From Candidatus Omnitrophota bacterium (GTDB lineage Bacteria; Omnitrophota; Gorgyraeia; Zapsychrales; JANLHA01): a stretch of 64,000 nucleotides of DNA. The stretch lies in NCBI GenBank assembly GCA_029560465.1, contig JAKQKX010000062.1, positions 3,836-67,835 on the forward strand. Reading direction: 5' to 3'. Positions 38,701 to 47,097 of the stretch are shown one piece after another. Position 1 is the stretch's first letter. Each line of letters starts with the position of its first letter. Below the pieces are notes generated by a model. That model did not search any database. It worked only from the letters and a program-made list of their open reading frames with translations, and was not told the DNA's origin. Both the position numbers and the translations under genes were made by a program.

Positions 38701-38870
38701 GGGTGATAATAAATATGGGCGAATTTGACGTCTTGGTTGAAAGTTTTTTGGGCCGTTTCGTAAACAATTTCTTTAAATTGGACCGGCAGAAAAATATTGT
38801 TAATATAATAAAATCCGGAAAAAGCGATCAGGATGATAATAACGATGATGAGGATAGGTTTTTTAATCAT
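35769..38870 (-). CDS. Large AsmA/TamB-like envelope protein (N-terminal TM anchor + ~1000-aa beta-rich periplasmic region)
   Basis: 1033 aa from ATG at 38870 (MIKKPILIIVIIILIAFSGFYYI TM), long repetitive beta-strand-like sequence; family call by architecture only. Confidence 0.45.
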   Translation of the reverse strand: MIKKPILIIVIIILIAFSGFYYINNIFLPVQFKEIVYETAQKTFNQDVKFAHIYYHPFKGFIVKDFVIFRKDDPNLPLMHIKEARFKILFAPLLQRQQIIIPTVTVKQPFVHIIRYPNGLWNLSDLLQTRISSAKSPFPVLLGRIQISGGQAEINDLKTDPNLKILADNVSADCRLSLSKGIEFQLKAQLGGPTAMVSLRGRFNPAQKSWQGNVTTSNVDTLPVLKMFIHTEKFRPVRVAIAAADLNVSGALGKAWQVTGSLSGDLDIGVHTHVIKGTLALQNADFKYAGQTLNYRGGIVLDKAEISHDNQKIVQGNISLNAKPLVYSMTEDSLVIQGDLQLTPGYLNPSAQTSLSFSTARLNGFHYHQELYTNILNGEVSASNVKILAPGLAVNTEALSSPIVFSRKGQNVDVTFSPSWRSVSAQMKQKEISAEALQCKLSVLQIVDRNFSLSTTIESTQLNAGFVDEDDNFLLSGNPQVELTVQYFPDDPQPWVCVGKARLNKASLSGLPQAGPLTDINGVVEFTRNRMKTSNLSFEAHGTPLFLSGSLSNFDSPFIGVVVSAKDFDLALLKTFFKKQLEDFNVSPEGKAAVEVSFTGPTAFPEEAQLEINAHLNGVQVQSPRWPEPATGISGFLRYKDGTLHWTDLSVTYFKTPFTLNGEISQFDRPLIATTVLAPDLQASVKLNVNKDTIGIDTFAGIYYQSKFNINGQAFLKSSAPVHLNLKTAFSINLEDLERINNPALREKVAPLALQGTVSGKALFDGDIRDWMAGVTDLNVSGTNCSVAGIAFNRGNLIVQRTRSTQSKINFSGTLYGGDLTINSLLDISEPTFPGKFSITMNQVDLAQVCQNPRWGKLNLAGTLSSRLQAEGPLLKSEGITGQGSLAILNGHLWTLSFLKGLGKLLFIPELENVVFTEGRADVTIKNNRISTENLLLQSKQMELRGKGWIDRNKNISWDIVPRLYETEILRSDSLKKIPTALISQTDGYINIKIRGTMDNPVRTVENFPTRLLKKTAEGILEGVQGIFEEILQ

Positions 38871-39030
38871 AGCCCATATTATAACATAACTGGGCTTTTG
38901 CACAAATTTATCCCGTAGGCTTGGGCCGATGGGGGGCGGCTGGCGCGGAAGTTTTAACTGTGGACAGAGGCGGGGAGCCATATTATTATGGAGGTTGAAA
39001 AACCTCTAGGCACTCGGGAAAAGGGGAGAA

Positions 39031-39359
39031 TGACCATGAAACAAAATGACCGGAGACGGGAGGGGCGTGTCGCCCTGAACCTCCCGGCGCGGATCAGTGT
39101 CGGGTCGCAGCTTTCGTTACAGGGGAAATTGAAAGACCTTTCGTTCAAAAGCGCGTTTATCGCGATGAAGAATAGTGTTTACCTGGACATGAATGATGAA
39201 GTCGGCTTTTCCATCCAGCGATTCCCGGGGGATGGCTCCCGGCTTATTCAAGGGTTGGCGCGCGTGTCACGGGTCGTGGCGGGGGAAGGGCTGGCGATTT
39301 ATTTTACCAGAGTGGACGAAGCCTCTAGCAGCCTTTTGAGGGAACTGCTGCATCTTTAA
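39031..39359 (+). CDS. PilZ-domain protein (c-di-GMP binding, putative)
   Basis: RRREGRV (RxxxR) and DLSFKSA (D/NxSxxG-like) PilZ motifs in ~110-aa protein. Confidence 0.5.
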
Positions 39360-39413
39360 AACGGGACAGGCGGCCATGATTCAATCCGGGCGCAGAAAAG
39401 GGGGGATGTCGTC

Positions 39414-40019
39414 TTGGCAAAAGCGGGCCGGGTTAGCGGGTGTGTCATTATTTTTTGCCTGGGTTTTTTGTTATGCGCAGAAGGGCCGGCTTCTTCCGGG
39501 CGGATCCTGTTCCCGCCCCGGGAGCGGGAGGTCCGGTCTTATTTAAGAAATAATTTTGAAAAAGCTTTGGAGAACGAGCGTTCCGTGGACGAATTGCTGG
39601 CCTATATGCGCCAGAAAATTCCCGGTGAGCCTGAATATTTCCCTCCCGCTCTTATGGCTTATTACGGGGCTCTTCAGGGCCTTAAAGCGAAATTTTCTGC
39701 CTTGCCCACCCGAAAACTGCAGTACCTTAAGGCCTGTTTGAAATATCTCGATAAGTCTGTGCAAGCGGAAGGCGCCGACCTGGAAACCTATTTTTTAAGG
39801 TTTTCCTCTTTGCACCATCTACCCCCGTTTTTTGGTATACCGAAAAAACGTTATGAAGACGTCAAAATAATTTTCCGTCTTTTGGAAGAAAGGGATTACA
39901 CTGACCTGGACCGGGAGTTTCAATCAAGGGTAGTTGATTTTATGCTCCAAAGCCGACGCCTTAACGCGCAGCAGGTCAAAGATTTTAATGTCTTTAAGTC
40001 AGAATTAGCCGTATTTTAA
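39414..40019 (+). CDS. Hypothetical secreted protein
   Basis: Signal-peptide-like N-terminus; no recognisable family. Confidence 0.4.
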   Translation: MAKAGRVSGCVIIFCLGFLLCAEGPASSGRILFPPREREVRSYLRNNFEKALENERSVDELLAYMRQKIPGEPEYFPPALMAYYGALQGLKAKFSALPTRKLQYLKACLKYLDKSVQAEGADLETYFLRFSSLHHLPPFFGIPKKRYEDVKIIFRLLEERDYTDLDREFQSRVVDFMLQSRRLNAQQVKDFNVFKSELAVF

Positions 40020-40117
40020 AAGTCACTTTTATGAACCGCGCCATGGCTTTTTTTCAAGTTAAGGGTTTGCGTGAAGCCGGGGCCCGTCTTTTGAGCCCGT
40101 TATAAAGGTCTGCTGTT

Positions 40118-40426
40118 ATGTCAAAATATTTTATGATTCTTTTTTTATCAGGGATAGGCCCCCTTATCTTGAGCTTTTATCCTCCCTTGAGATTTTATCA
40201 ACATAAAAGGGCGTTGATGCTGACCCTCGGGCTTATCGTGCTGATATTCGGGGCCTGGGATGTGTTGGCCACCCGCCGGGGGCACTGGTATTTTAACCCG
40301 GAAGGGATTGCCGGGGCCTGGTTTTTGAACCTTCCGGTCGAAGAGTGGCTGTTTTTTATCGTTATCCCTTTTTGTTGCCTTTTTACTTGGGAAGTGGTTA
40401 ATTTTTATAAAAATAAACTCAAATGA
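40118..40426 (+). CDS. crtYc: Lycopene cyclase domain protein (heterodimeric CrtYc-like)
   Basis: ~100-aa 3-TM protein with PxEE motif (LPVEEWLFF); adjacent second copy and crtB/crtI. Confidence 0.55.
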   Translation: MSKYFMILFLSGIGPLILSFYPPLRFYQHKRALMLTLGLIVLIFGAWDVLATRRGHWYFNPEGIAGAWFLNLPVEEWLFFIVIPFCCLFTWEVVNFYKNKLK

Positions 40427-40716
40427 AAGAATACACCATTTTAGCCGCCGCCTCTGTCTTGATGACGTGTCTGTGGGACCGCATCAGCGGGGTGAGGGTC
40501 TTGCGGCGAAATGAATTTTATGTGTTTTTATCTTTTATCTTTTTACTGAAGCTGCTGGTGAACGGGTATCTGACAGGGGCTGGGATTGTTTTATACGAGC
40601 CGCGTTTTTTCCTGGGCTACCGCCTGGGAAGCATCCCCTTCGAGGATTTATGTTTTGGATTCAGCCTGGTCACGGTAACGATCGTTTCCTGGGAATATTT
40701 TAAGACGCGGGGTTAA
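40423..40716 (+). CDS. crtYd: Lycopene cyclase domain protein (heterodimeric CrtYd-like)
   Basis: ~97-aa 3-TM protein with PFED motif; 4-nt overlap with crtYc. Confidence 0.55.
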   Translation: MKEYTILAAASVLMTCLWDRISGVRVLRRNEFYVFLSFIFLLKLLVNGYLTGAGIVLYEPRFFLGYRLGSIPFEDLCFGFSLVTVTIVSWEYFKTRG

Positions 40717-41611
40717 CGCGGTGAAGATGGCCGGTCCGGCGTCCCCCCTGAAGCCCCCGTTTCTTTAAACGGAAGCCCCCCCAGAGGATGTGGACTATAA
40801 AATAGCCCTTGAGCAGGAGCAGCAATTTGTGAAAATCAGAGATCCGGATCCTTGCCCTGAGCAGGGTGGCGACCGGGAGTTTCCTGATTCTTTTAAAAAG
40901 GGCGACATAATACAGGTATACAGAGTACACAGCGAGTCTGTAATCCTTGGGCATCCGTTTAATGCCCGGGAGGGCTTCTTTAAATTCTTCTGCGATCTCC
41001 GCCTCCATTCTTTTCTTGGCCTCTTCGTCGATGCTTGGCCTGTCTTTGATCCCGGGCAAATAAATCCGCCCGCGCTCCTCCAGATCGTTTTTGATATCCC
41101 GAAGGAAATTTGTTTTCTGGAGAGCGGCCCCCAACTTTTTAGCCGGTACCTCCAAGTCCCGGAATAACGCATCATCCCCGCTGCAGAAGATTTCCAGGCA
41201 CATCAGCCCGATGACTTCGGCGGACCCGTAGACGTAGCGCTCGTAGGATTCCTGGCTGTGCGTCTTATAGGTGATATCCATGTCCATGCTGGTCAAGAAG
41301 GCCTGGACATAGCTTTGGTCAATTTTGTATTTATGAACGACATCCTGGAAGGATTCCAGGATGGGGTTCGTGGAAACGCCCGAGCGGATGGCTTCGGCGG
41401 TGTCCTCTTTGAATTTTTCTAACAGCCTTTTTTTGTCATAATCATGGAAAGTGTCCACGATCTCGTCGGCTACGCGCACGAATCCGTATAGGCCATAGAT
41501 CGCCTGTTGCGTTTCCTGCGGGAAAACTTTGATCCCGGAGCTAAAAGAGGTGCTGTAGCGGTTGGTCAGGAGGCGGCTGATCCGGTGGCAGGTCTTAAGA
41601 TAAAGGTCCAT
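40700..41611 (-). CDS. crtB: Phytoene (or dehydrosqualene) synthase, squalene/phytoene synthase family
   Basis: YGFVRVADEIVD first Asp-rich motif, second motif region FLRDIKND, ~300 aa. Confidence 0.75.
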   Translation of the reverse strand: MDLYLKTCHRISRLLTNRYSTSFSSGIKVFPQETQQAIYGLYGFVRVADEIVDTFHDYDKKRLLEKFKEDTAEAIRSGVSTNPILESFQDVVHKYKIDQSYVQAFLTSMDMDITYKTHSQESYERYVYGSAEVIGLMCLEIFCSGDDALFRDLEVPAKKLGAALQKTNFLRDIKNDLEERGRIYLPGIKDRPSIDEEAKKRMEAEIAEEFKEALPGIKRMPKDYRLAVYSVYLYYVALFKRIRKLPVATLLRARIRISDFHKLLLLLKGYFIVHILWGGFRLKKRGLQGGRRTGHLHRVNPAS

Positions 41612-43076
41612 GGTCCTGGATGATCCTCTCGAACGTGAGCTTTGACCCGACGATCACCATCGGCAGGCCCGTGCCGGGTACGGTCGAAGCTCCGACATAG
41701 TAAAAGTTGCCCAGTTTTTCGTCTTTGTTTTTCGGCCGGAAGTATCCGATCTGGAATAGCCCGTGGCACAGCCCTAATCCCGAGCCGCGGTAAAGATTAA
41801 ACATCGATTCCCAGTCTTCAGGGGTGAGGATTTTCCGGGTTAGCGTGTTTTTCATGACATTGAAATGGACCCTTTTTGAAAAATCGTTGATGATATTATC
41901 CGCGAAATTGTCCTTGTCTGTCCAGTTCTTTTTGAAGCGCAGGTCCGGGACGGGGCAGAGGATTAAAATGCTTTCGCAGCCGGGAGGGGCATAACCGGGG
42001 CAGGCCTTTGAGGCGACGTTGACATAATAATACGGCCTTTCTGGGCTTGCCGATGAGGACAGGAATTTCCTTGCGTACCCTTTAAAATTATTGCCGAGGA
42101 AATAGTTATGCTGCATCGCGTTTTCGATCTTCCCTTGAACGCCTAAATAAATCGTGAAGGGCGCGAAACCCCAGTGCATTTTGTCCAGGCGGCACGGGCT
42201 GTATTGCGGCCTTTTTAGAATCAGGCCGCGGAAAGAGGCCGCATCGGCGTTGCAGACAAAGACATCGGCTTCCCACCTGCGGCCGTTTTGGTCCTTAACC
42301 CCGGTGGCCCTATTATTTTCCTCCAAGACTTCTTTGACTTCTGTTTCGAATATAAAATTTGCCCCCTTGTCCCTGAGGATTTTTTCCAGTTCTTCGATGA
42401 TGCGGTACATCCCGTCCTGAACGCCCCAGTACCCGTTATGGCGGAATTCAACGTAATTCAAGAGGGAATAGATCGCGGGTGTCTCAAAGGGTGTCGCGCC
42501 GAGGAAGAAGGAAACCAGGGAGAATATGACTTTCGCTTCCCGGGAGGAGAAGTTTCTCTCCACTTCCTGCCACATGTTCCTGAAAAGATAGGGGAGGAGG
42601 GTGATGTCCCGGCGGGCTATTTTGCCCAAGAAATCCGTAAGGCCGTAAACATTGCTTTTTATGAGGGGGGCTTCGGTGTTGTTGAATATTTTCCGGCCTT
42701 GGGCGAGGTAGCGTTCGACTTTTGTTTTGAGATGCGGTTCGATGCCGGCGAATTCCTCTTCCAGGATGGAAAGGTCCTTCCATATTCTGTAAGGATGCGG
42801 TTGATGTTCAAAAAACACCTGGTACAGGGGGTCGAGTTCCTTTAGCTCCAGGGAGAGGGGGATGCCGCAGCTTCGGAAGAGTTCCTCGGTTTCATAGGTC
42901 ATGCTCATGAAAGACGGCCCGATGTCGAACTTGAATCCGTCAAGCTTAAGCTGATTCAGCCGGCCTCCCGGGGTTTTATTTTTTTCCAGGATCGTGACGC
43001 TATACCCCGCGGTGATAAGCCTTAAGGCTGTGGCTAAGCCGCCTAAACCCGAACCGATAATCACGGCTTTTTTCAT
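41595..43076 (-). CDS. crtI: Phytoene desaturase family FAD oxidoreductase (CrtI/CrtN-like)
   Basis: N-terminal GSGLGGLATALRL dinucleotide-binding motif, ~490 aa; overlaps crtB start. Confidence 0.75.
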   Translation of the reverse strand: MKKAVIIGSGLGGLATALRLITAGYSVTILEKNKTPGGRLNQLKLDGFKFDIGPSFMSMTYETEELFRSCGIPLSLELKELDPLYQVFFEHQPHPYRIWKDLSILEEEFAGIEPHLKTKVERYLAQGRKIFNNTEAPLIKSNVYGLTDFLGKIARRDITLLPYLFRNMWQEVERNFSSREAKVIFSLVSFFLGATPFETPAIYSLLNYVEFRHNGYWGVQDGMYRIIEELEKILRDKGANFIFETEVKEVLEENNRATGVKDQNGRRWEADVFVCNADAASFRGLILKRPQYSPCRLDKMHWGFAPFTIYLGVQGKIENAMQHNYFLGNNFKGYARKFLSSSASPERPYYYVNVASKACPGYAPPGCESILILCPVPDLRFKKNWTDKDNFADNIINDFSKRVHFNVMKNTLTRKILTPEDWESMFNLYRGSGLGLCHGLFQIGYFRPKNKDEKLGNFYYVGASTVPGTGLPMVIVGSKLTFERIIQDHGPLS

Positions 43077-43157
43077 GGCGCCCGTTCCTTGCGATTCCTG
43101 ACCGGCGGTGTCCAAGAGATCGCTGAGAGGCTCCCCTGATAAAAAGATCCCAAGCTT

Positions 43158-45098
43158 TCAGGTTTTCGTCGGGATGGCAGAGGAAAGCCAGTTCAATATT
43201 TTCCCGCTTTTAGAGGTTTTAACAAATTCTCTGATTGTTGTTGTTATTCCTGCGGCGTCCACGCCGTAATGCTTTAAAAGCAGCGACCGGGCGCCGTGCT
43301 TGAGGAACTCAGAGGGGAGATGAATCACTTTGATTTCAATGGCGTTTTTGTACTCAGGATGGGTGTGCAGTAATTCCAGGATGGCGCTGCCAAATCCGCC
43401 TTCCCTGACCCCTTCTTCCAGAGTGACGATTTTTTTAAATTTGGAGATTTCTTTTATAAATATCTCAGGGTTCAATGGTTTGGCAAACCGGGCATTCACG
43501 ACTTCCGCGGAAATGCCTTCTTTCTCTAACTCTTGAGCCGCTTGCAGCGCAGGCATGACCATGCTCCCTAAGGCCAAGAGAAGGATATCGTTGCCGTTTT
43601 TGATCACTTGAGGATTTCCTAAAACCAGCTTTTCCTGGGGCAGGCCGTTTTCCACGAGGACGTCTTCTTTGGGATAACGGATCGCCACGGCTTGGTTTAA
43701 AGAAACGGCGAAAGCGAGCATGTCTTTTAATTCGGCAATATCTTTGGGCGCCATCACGACCATGTCCGGGACATGACGCAGGTACGCGATGTCAAAGAGC
43801 CCTTGGTGGGACATGCCGTCCGCCCCGACGATCCCCGCCCGGTCGAGGGCAAAAATGACCGGCAGCTTTTGCATGGACACGTCGGCGAGGATTTGGTCGT
43901 AAGCCCGTTGCAGAAAAGTCGAGTAGATGGCCACAACGGGTTTAAAGCCTTTGTGCGCCAGCCCGCTGGCGAAGCACACCGCGTGCGCTTCGGCAATCCC
44001 AACATCAAAGAATTTTTTGGGCAATTGTTTCCGGAACTCTTGCAGACCGGTCCCTTCGCACATGGCGGCGGTGATGGCGACGATTTTGTCGTCTTGCCGG
44101 GCTAATTCCAAAAGTTTTCCGGCGAAGGCCTCGGTGTAGCTCATCTTCGCGGGGTCTTCCGCCTTTTTGAACGTGCCTGTCTTGGGGTCAAAACGGGATG
44201 CGCCGTGGTAAGCGACAGGGTTGTTTTCGGAAGGGGGGTAGCCATGGCCTTTCTGGGTGATCACGTGAATGAAGATCGGTTCTTTCAGTTTCAGGGAGGC
44301 GATATTTTTAAATGTCTCCGTGAGGGACAGCACGTTGTGCCCATCCAGGGGGCCGAAATATCGGAACCCCAGTTCTTCAAAGAAAATTCCGGGGACAATA
44401 AGGCCTTTGAGGAATTCTTCGAACCGCTCCGTGACTTTCATCATCCGCGGCCCCATGCGCTGCAGCCGGGTTTCGACAAAACGATGCGCCGCGTCCTTGA
44501 CCCGATTATAAATCGGCTGGGAGATAAGTTTATTCAAATATTTACTGAGGCTCCCCACGTTGGGGGAGATGCTCATGTCATTTGAATTTAAGATAACAAT
44601 CAGGTCTTTTTGAGACTGTCCGACATTGTTGAGCCCTTCAAAGGCGAGCCCTCCGGTCAGGGAACCGTCCCCCAGAATGGCGATCACTTTCTCATTCCCG
44701 CCCAACAGATCCCGGGCCGCCGCGACCCCGGCCGCCAGGGATATCGTGTTAGAGGCGTGGCCGGTCGTGAACGGGTCGTAAGGCGATTCATCCCTGTTGG
44801 GGTAGCCGCTGATCCCGCCGAATTGTCGTATGGTGTTGATTTTGTCTTTTCTTCCGGTCAGGATTTTATGGGCGTAGGCCTGATGCCCCACATCAAAGAG
44901 GATGCTGTCCCTGGGCGCGTTGAAGACATAGTGCAAAGCGATAATCAGCTCGACCGTGCCTAGGTTCGAGGCCAAATGCCCGCCGTTTTCAGACACAACC
45001 TCTATGATCTTTTGGCGGATCTCCTGGGCGAGAACAGGCAGTTGAGAGATATCCAGTTTTTTGAGGTCTTGGGGGCTGTTGACTTTTTCCAAATACAT
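43158..45098 (-). CDS. dxs: 1-deoxy-D-xylulose-5-phosphate synthase
   Basis: 646 aa; N-terminal INSPQDLKKL...GGHLASNLGTVEL, TPP-binding GDG motif, transketolase-like C-terminus. Confidence 0.9.
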   Translation of the reverse strand: MYLEKVNSPQDLKKLDISQLPVLAQEIRQKIIEVVSENGGHLASNLGTVELIIALHYVFNAPRDSILFDVGHQAYAHKILTGRKDKINTIRQFGGISGYPNRDESPYDPFTTGHASNTISLAAGVAAARDLLGGNEKVIAILGDGSLTGGLAFEGLNNVGQSQKDLIVILNSNDMSISPNVGSLSKYLNKLISQPIYNRVKDAAHRFVETRLQRMGPRMMKVTERFEEFLKGLIVPGIFFEELGFRYFGPLDGHNVLSLTETFKNIASLKLKEPIFIHVITQKGHGYPPSENNPVAYHGASRFDPKTGTFKKAEDPAKMSYTEAFAGKLLELARQDDKIVAITAAMCEGTGLQEFRKQLPKKFFDVGIAEAHAVCFASGLAHKGFKPVVAIYSTFLQRAYDQILADVSMQKLPVIFALDRAGIVGADGMSHQGLFDIAYLRHVPDMVVMAPKDIAELKDMLAFAVSLNQAVAIRYPKEDVLVENGLPQEKLVLGNPQVIKNGNDILLLALGSMVMPALQAAQELEKEGISAEVVNARFAKPLNPEIFIKEISKFKKIVTLEEGVREGGFGSAILELLHTHPEYKNAIEIKVIHLPSEFLKHGARSLLLKHYGVDAAGITTTIREFVKTSKSGKILNWLSSAIPTKT

Positions 45099-45452
45099 GA
45101 TTAGTGATTCTCCGGTATTAAAGGATGACTCATTTCTTGGTTGTGAATCGCCACCCTTGAAATGTGTTGTTCAAAGGGCTGATAAACAATAATAGAGTAC
45201 AGGCGTCAGGTGATATGCTAGGGGTCTGAACAATCTTCACAGGGCTTCCAATTTGCAGTTATTATATTATGAAACGCTGTCATCATCTAGCATTTTCTGT
45301 TGAAAGGGATGTCAGGAAATCCTTCTGGACGCCATTGCAAAAATCTGCTATAAAAGACTTTGTTTTACCCGCCGCGTGTTTATCTTTCGGCTGTTTGTAG
45401 CCACAGGCCAGGGGAGACTTCGGGCAGAGATAAATGACATGTTTGCCAATAC

Positions 45453-45529
45453 CGGGGAGTAGCGCAGCTGGCTAGCGCACATGCTTTGGGAGCATGGAGT
45501 CGAGGGTTCGAATCCCTCCTCCCCGACCA
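45453..45529 (+). tRNA. tRNA-Pro (anticodon TGG)
   Basis: 77-nt cloverleaf read by hand: acceptor cggggag/ctccccg, D-arm gcgc-agctggcta-gcgc, anticodon stem catgc/gcatg with loop tttggga, T-arm gaggg-ttcgaat-ccctc, encoded CCA. Confidence 0.8.
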
Positions 45530-45679
45530 AATATTCCTTAATATAATATCATCATTGCGAAACGCTGGAAGCATCGTGCCGGATAGCTTACCCAGAAGGG
45601 CGGGGTGTATCCTGTGTAAATCCCGTTGCGTCTGGGCATAAGATGTGCTACAAATAGGGGTGGTTTTTAAGAGGAGATC

Positions 45680-46606
45680 ATGATGGGGAACAAGGCTTTC
45701 ATAAAAGCGATCAAGTGGGGGGGGGTTGTTGGGTTAGGGCTGGTGCATATCGCCTGCGGTGCCCCGGATTGTAACAAGTTTCCTTTAGAGAAACAGAAAA
45801 CTTTAAAAAAGTGTGTCTATAAATCATTGGATCGGGACGGGCGGCTCAGGCAACAAGGGATAAAACGCTTTGGGAAACTAAGCGGGAAAGCCAAAACGTT
45901 TTACGAAGACGGGAAACTTAAAGCTGTCAATGAATATACGGAAGGCCGGTTGCATGGCTTATCGATTAGTTATTACCCGAATGGCAAGGTGGAAAGTAAA
46001 GTGGAATATAAGAACGGCCGGCCGGATGGGCTTAATCAGACTTTCTTTGAGGTCGGAACGGTAAGCAAAGAATATGTTTATAAGGACGGGTTACCGCAGG
46101 GGCGTTTTAAAAAGTTGAACCCGAAAGGGGAGCTCTTGGAAGAGGGCGAATATGTAGAAGGTGATTTGAATGGCCTCATGAAAACATATGATAATGGGGT
46201 GCTTTTTTATGAGCAGGAATACAAGAAAGGGAAGAAGGACGGCGTTTACCGGGAGTACTATCCAACAGGAGAGGTCGTTAAAGTCGCTTCCTGGGTCGAC
46301 GGGAAGTTGACCGGGACGGTGCAGGAATTTTATAAAAGCGGTAAATTGAAGTTGACATATACCTTGGACAACGGCCTGCTGACCGGAACCAAGAGCGCTT
46401 ATGAGCCTGATGGAAAAATCCTTTCTGAACAGAGCTATATGCACAACCGGCTGAACGGGGAAAGTAAATACTATAAGCAGGGATCTTTGCGCCAGGTAGA
46501 TTTTTACCAGGAAGGCTTTATGTATAAGAGGCAAATTTATGCGGGGGAGGGTAGATTAGAAATTGAATATGATTATTCGGGACAGGGCCAAGGTGCCCGC
46601 CCCTGA
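45680..46606 (+). CDS. MORN-repeat (YwqK-like) protein with signal peptide
   Basis: ~10 tandem units of Y(Y/E)xNG(K/Q)L..E..Y..G...G (e.g. FYEDGKLKAVNEYTEGRLHG, YYPNGKVESKVEYKNGRPDG). Confidence 0.6.
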   Translation: MMGNKAFIKAIKWGGVVGLGLVHIACGAPDCNKFPLEKQKTLKKCVYKSLDRDGRLRQQGIKRFGKLSGKAKTFYEDGKLKAVNEYTEGRLHGLSISYYPNGKVESKVEYKNGRPDGLNQTFFEVGTVSKEYVYKDGLPQGRFKKLNPKGELLEEGEYVEGDLNGLMKTYDNGVLFYEQEYKKGKKDGVYREYYPTGEVVKVASWVDGKLTGTVQEFYKSGKLKLTYTLDNGLLTGTKSAYEPDGKILSEQSYMHNRLNGESKYYKQGSLRQVDFYQEGFMYKRQIYAGEGRLEIEYDYSGQGQGARP

Positions 46607-46646
46607 AGCAGGCTGGGGGGCGACGCGGTTATGATAAGAGGGGCTG

Positions 46647-47024
46647 ATGTTGAAGAAAAAGATCCTTGTGGTTGACGATGAACCCGATATCGTTGAGTTG
46701 ATTCAGGCGAGGCTCACCCGGCAGGGGTATGACGTGATATGCGCCTGTAACGGGATGGAGGCCTTGCGGTTAGCTAAAATGTGCACGCCTCATTGCATTA
46801 TCCTGGATATGATGCTGCCGGATATCCAGGGTTCAAGCGTGTGCGCGCAGTTAAAAACGGATGAGAAATATCGCATGATTCCCATTATTTTATTGACAGC
46901 CCGGAGCCGGGACTACGATAAGGATATCGGCCGGGCAGTTAAAGCGGACGTTTATATGACCAAACCGTTTGACCAGAACGAGCTGTTAGATAAAATTCAG
47001 GAGCTCCTCACAGGAAAGTCTTAG
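46647..47024 (+). CDS. Stand-alone response regulator receiver (CheY-like)
   Basis: KKILVVDDEPDIV...CIILDMMLPDIQG...IILLTA...K motifs. Confidence 0.8.
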   Translation: MLKKKILVVDDEPDIVELIQARLTRQGYDVICACNGMEALRLAKMCTPHCIILDMMLPDIQGSSVCAQLKTDEKYRMIPIILLTARSRDYDKDIGRAVKADVYMTKPFDQNELLDKIQELLTGKS

Positions 47025-47097
47025 CGGTTTAAAAAGAATTGAGGGAGATGCCCGATGGCTTTCGCCGGGGACTTCAATTCGGGTGAAAAACTGATTG

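Noticed and set aside
45348-45574. Two minus-strand ORFs (60 and 64 aa; ...GFEPSTP...)
   Set aside because: These are the antisense translation of the tRNA-Pro gene and its flanks, where the GGTTCGAATCC T-arm gives the GFEPS peptide. They are not protein-coding.
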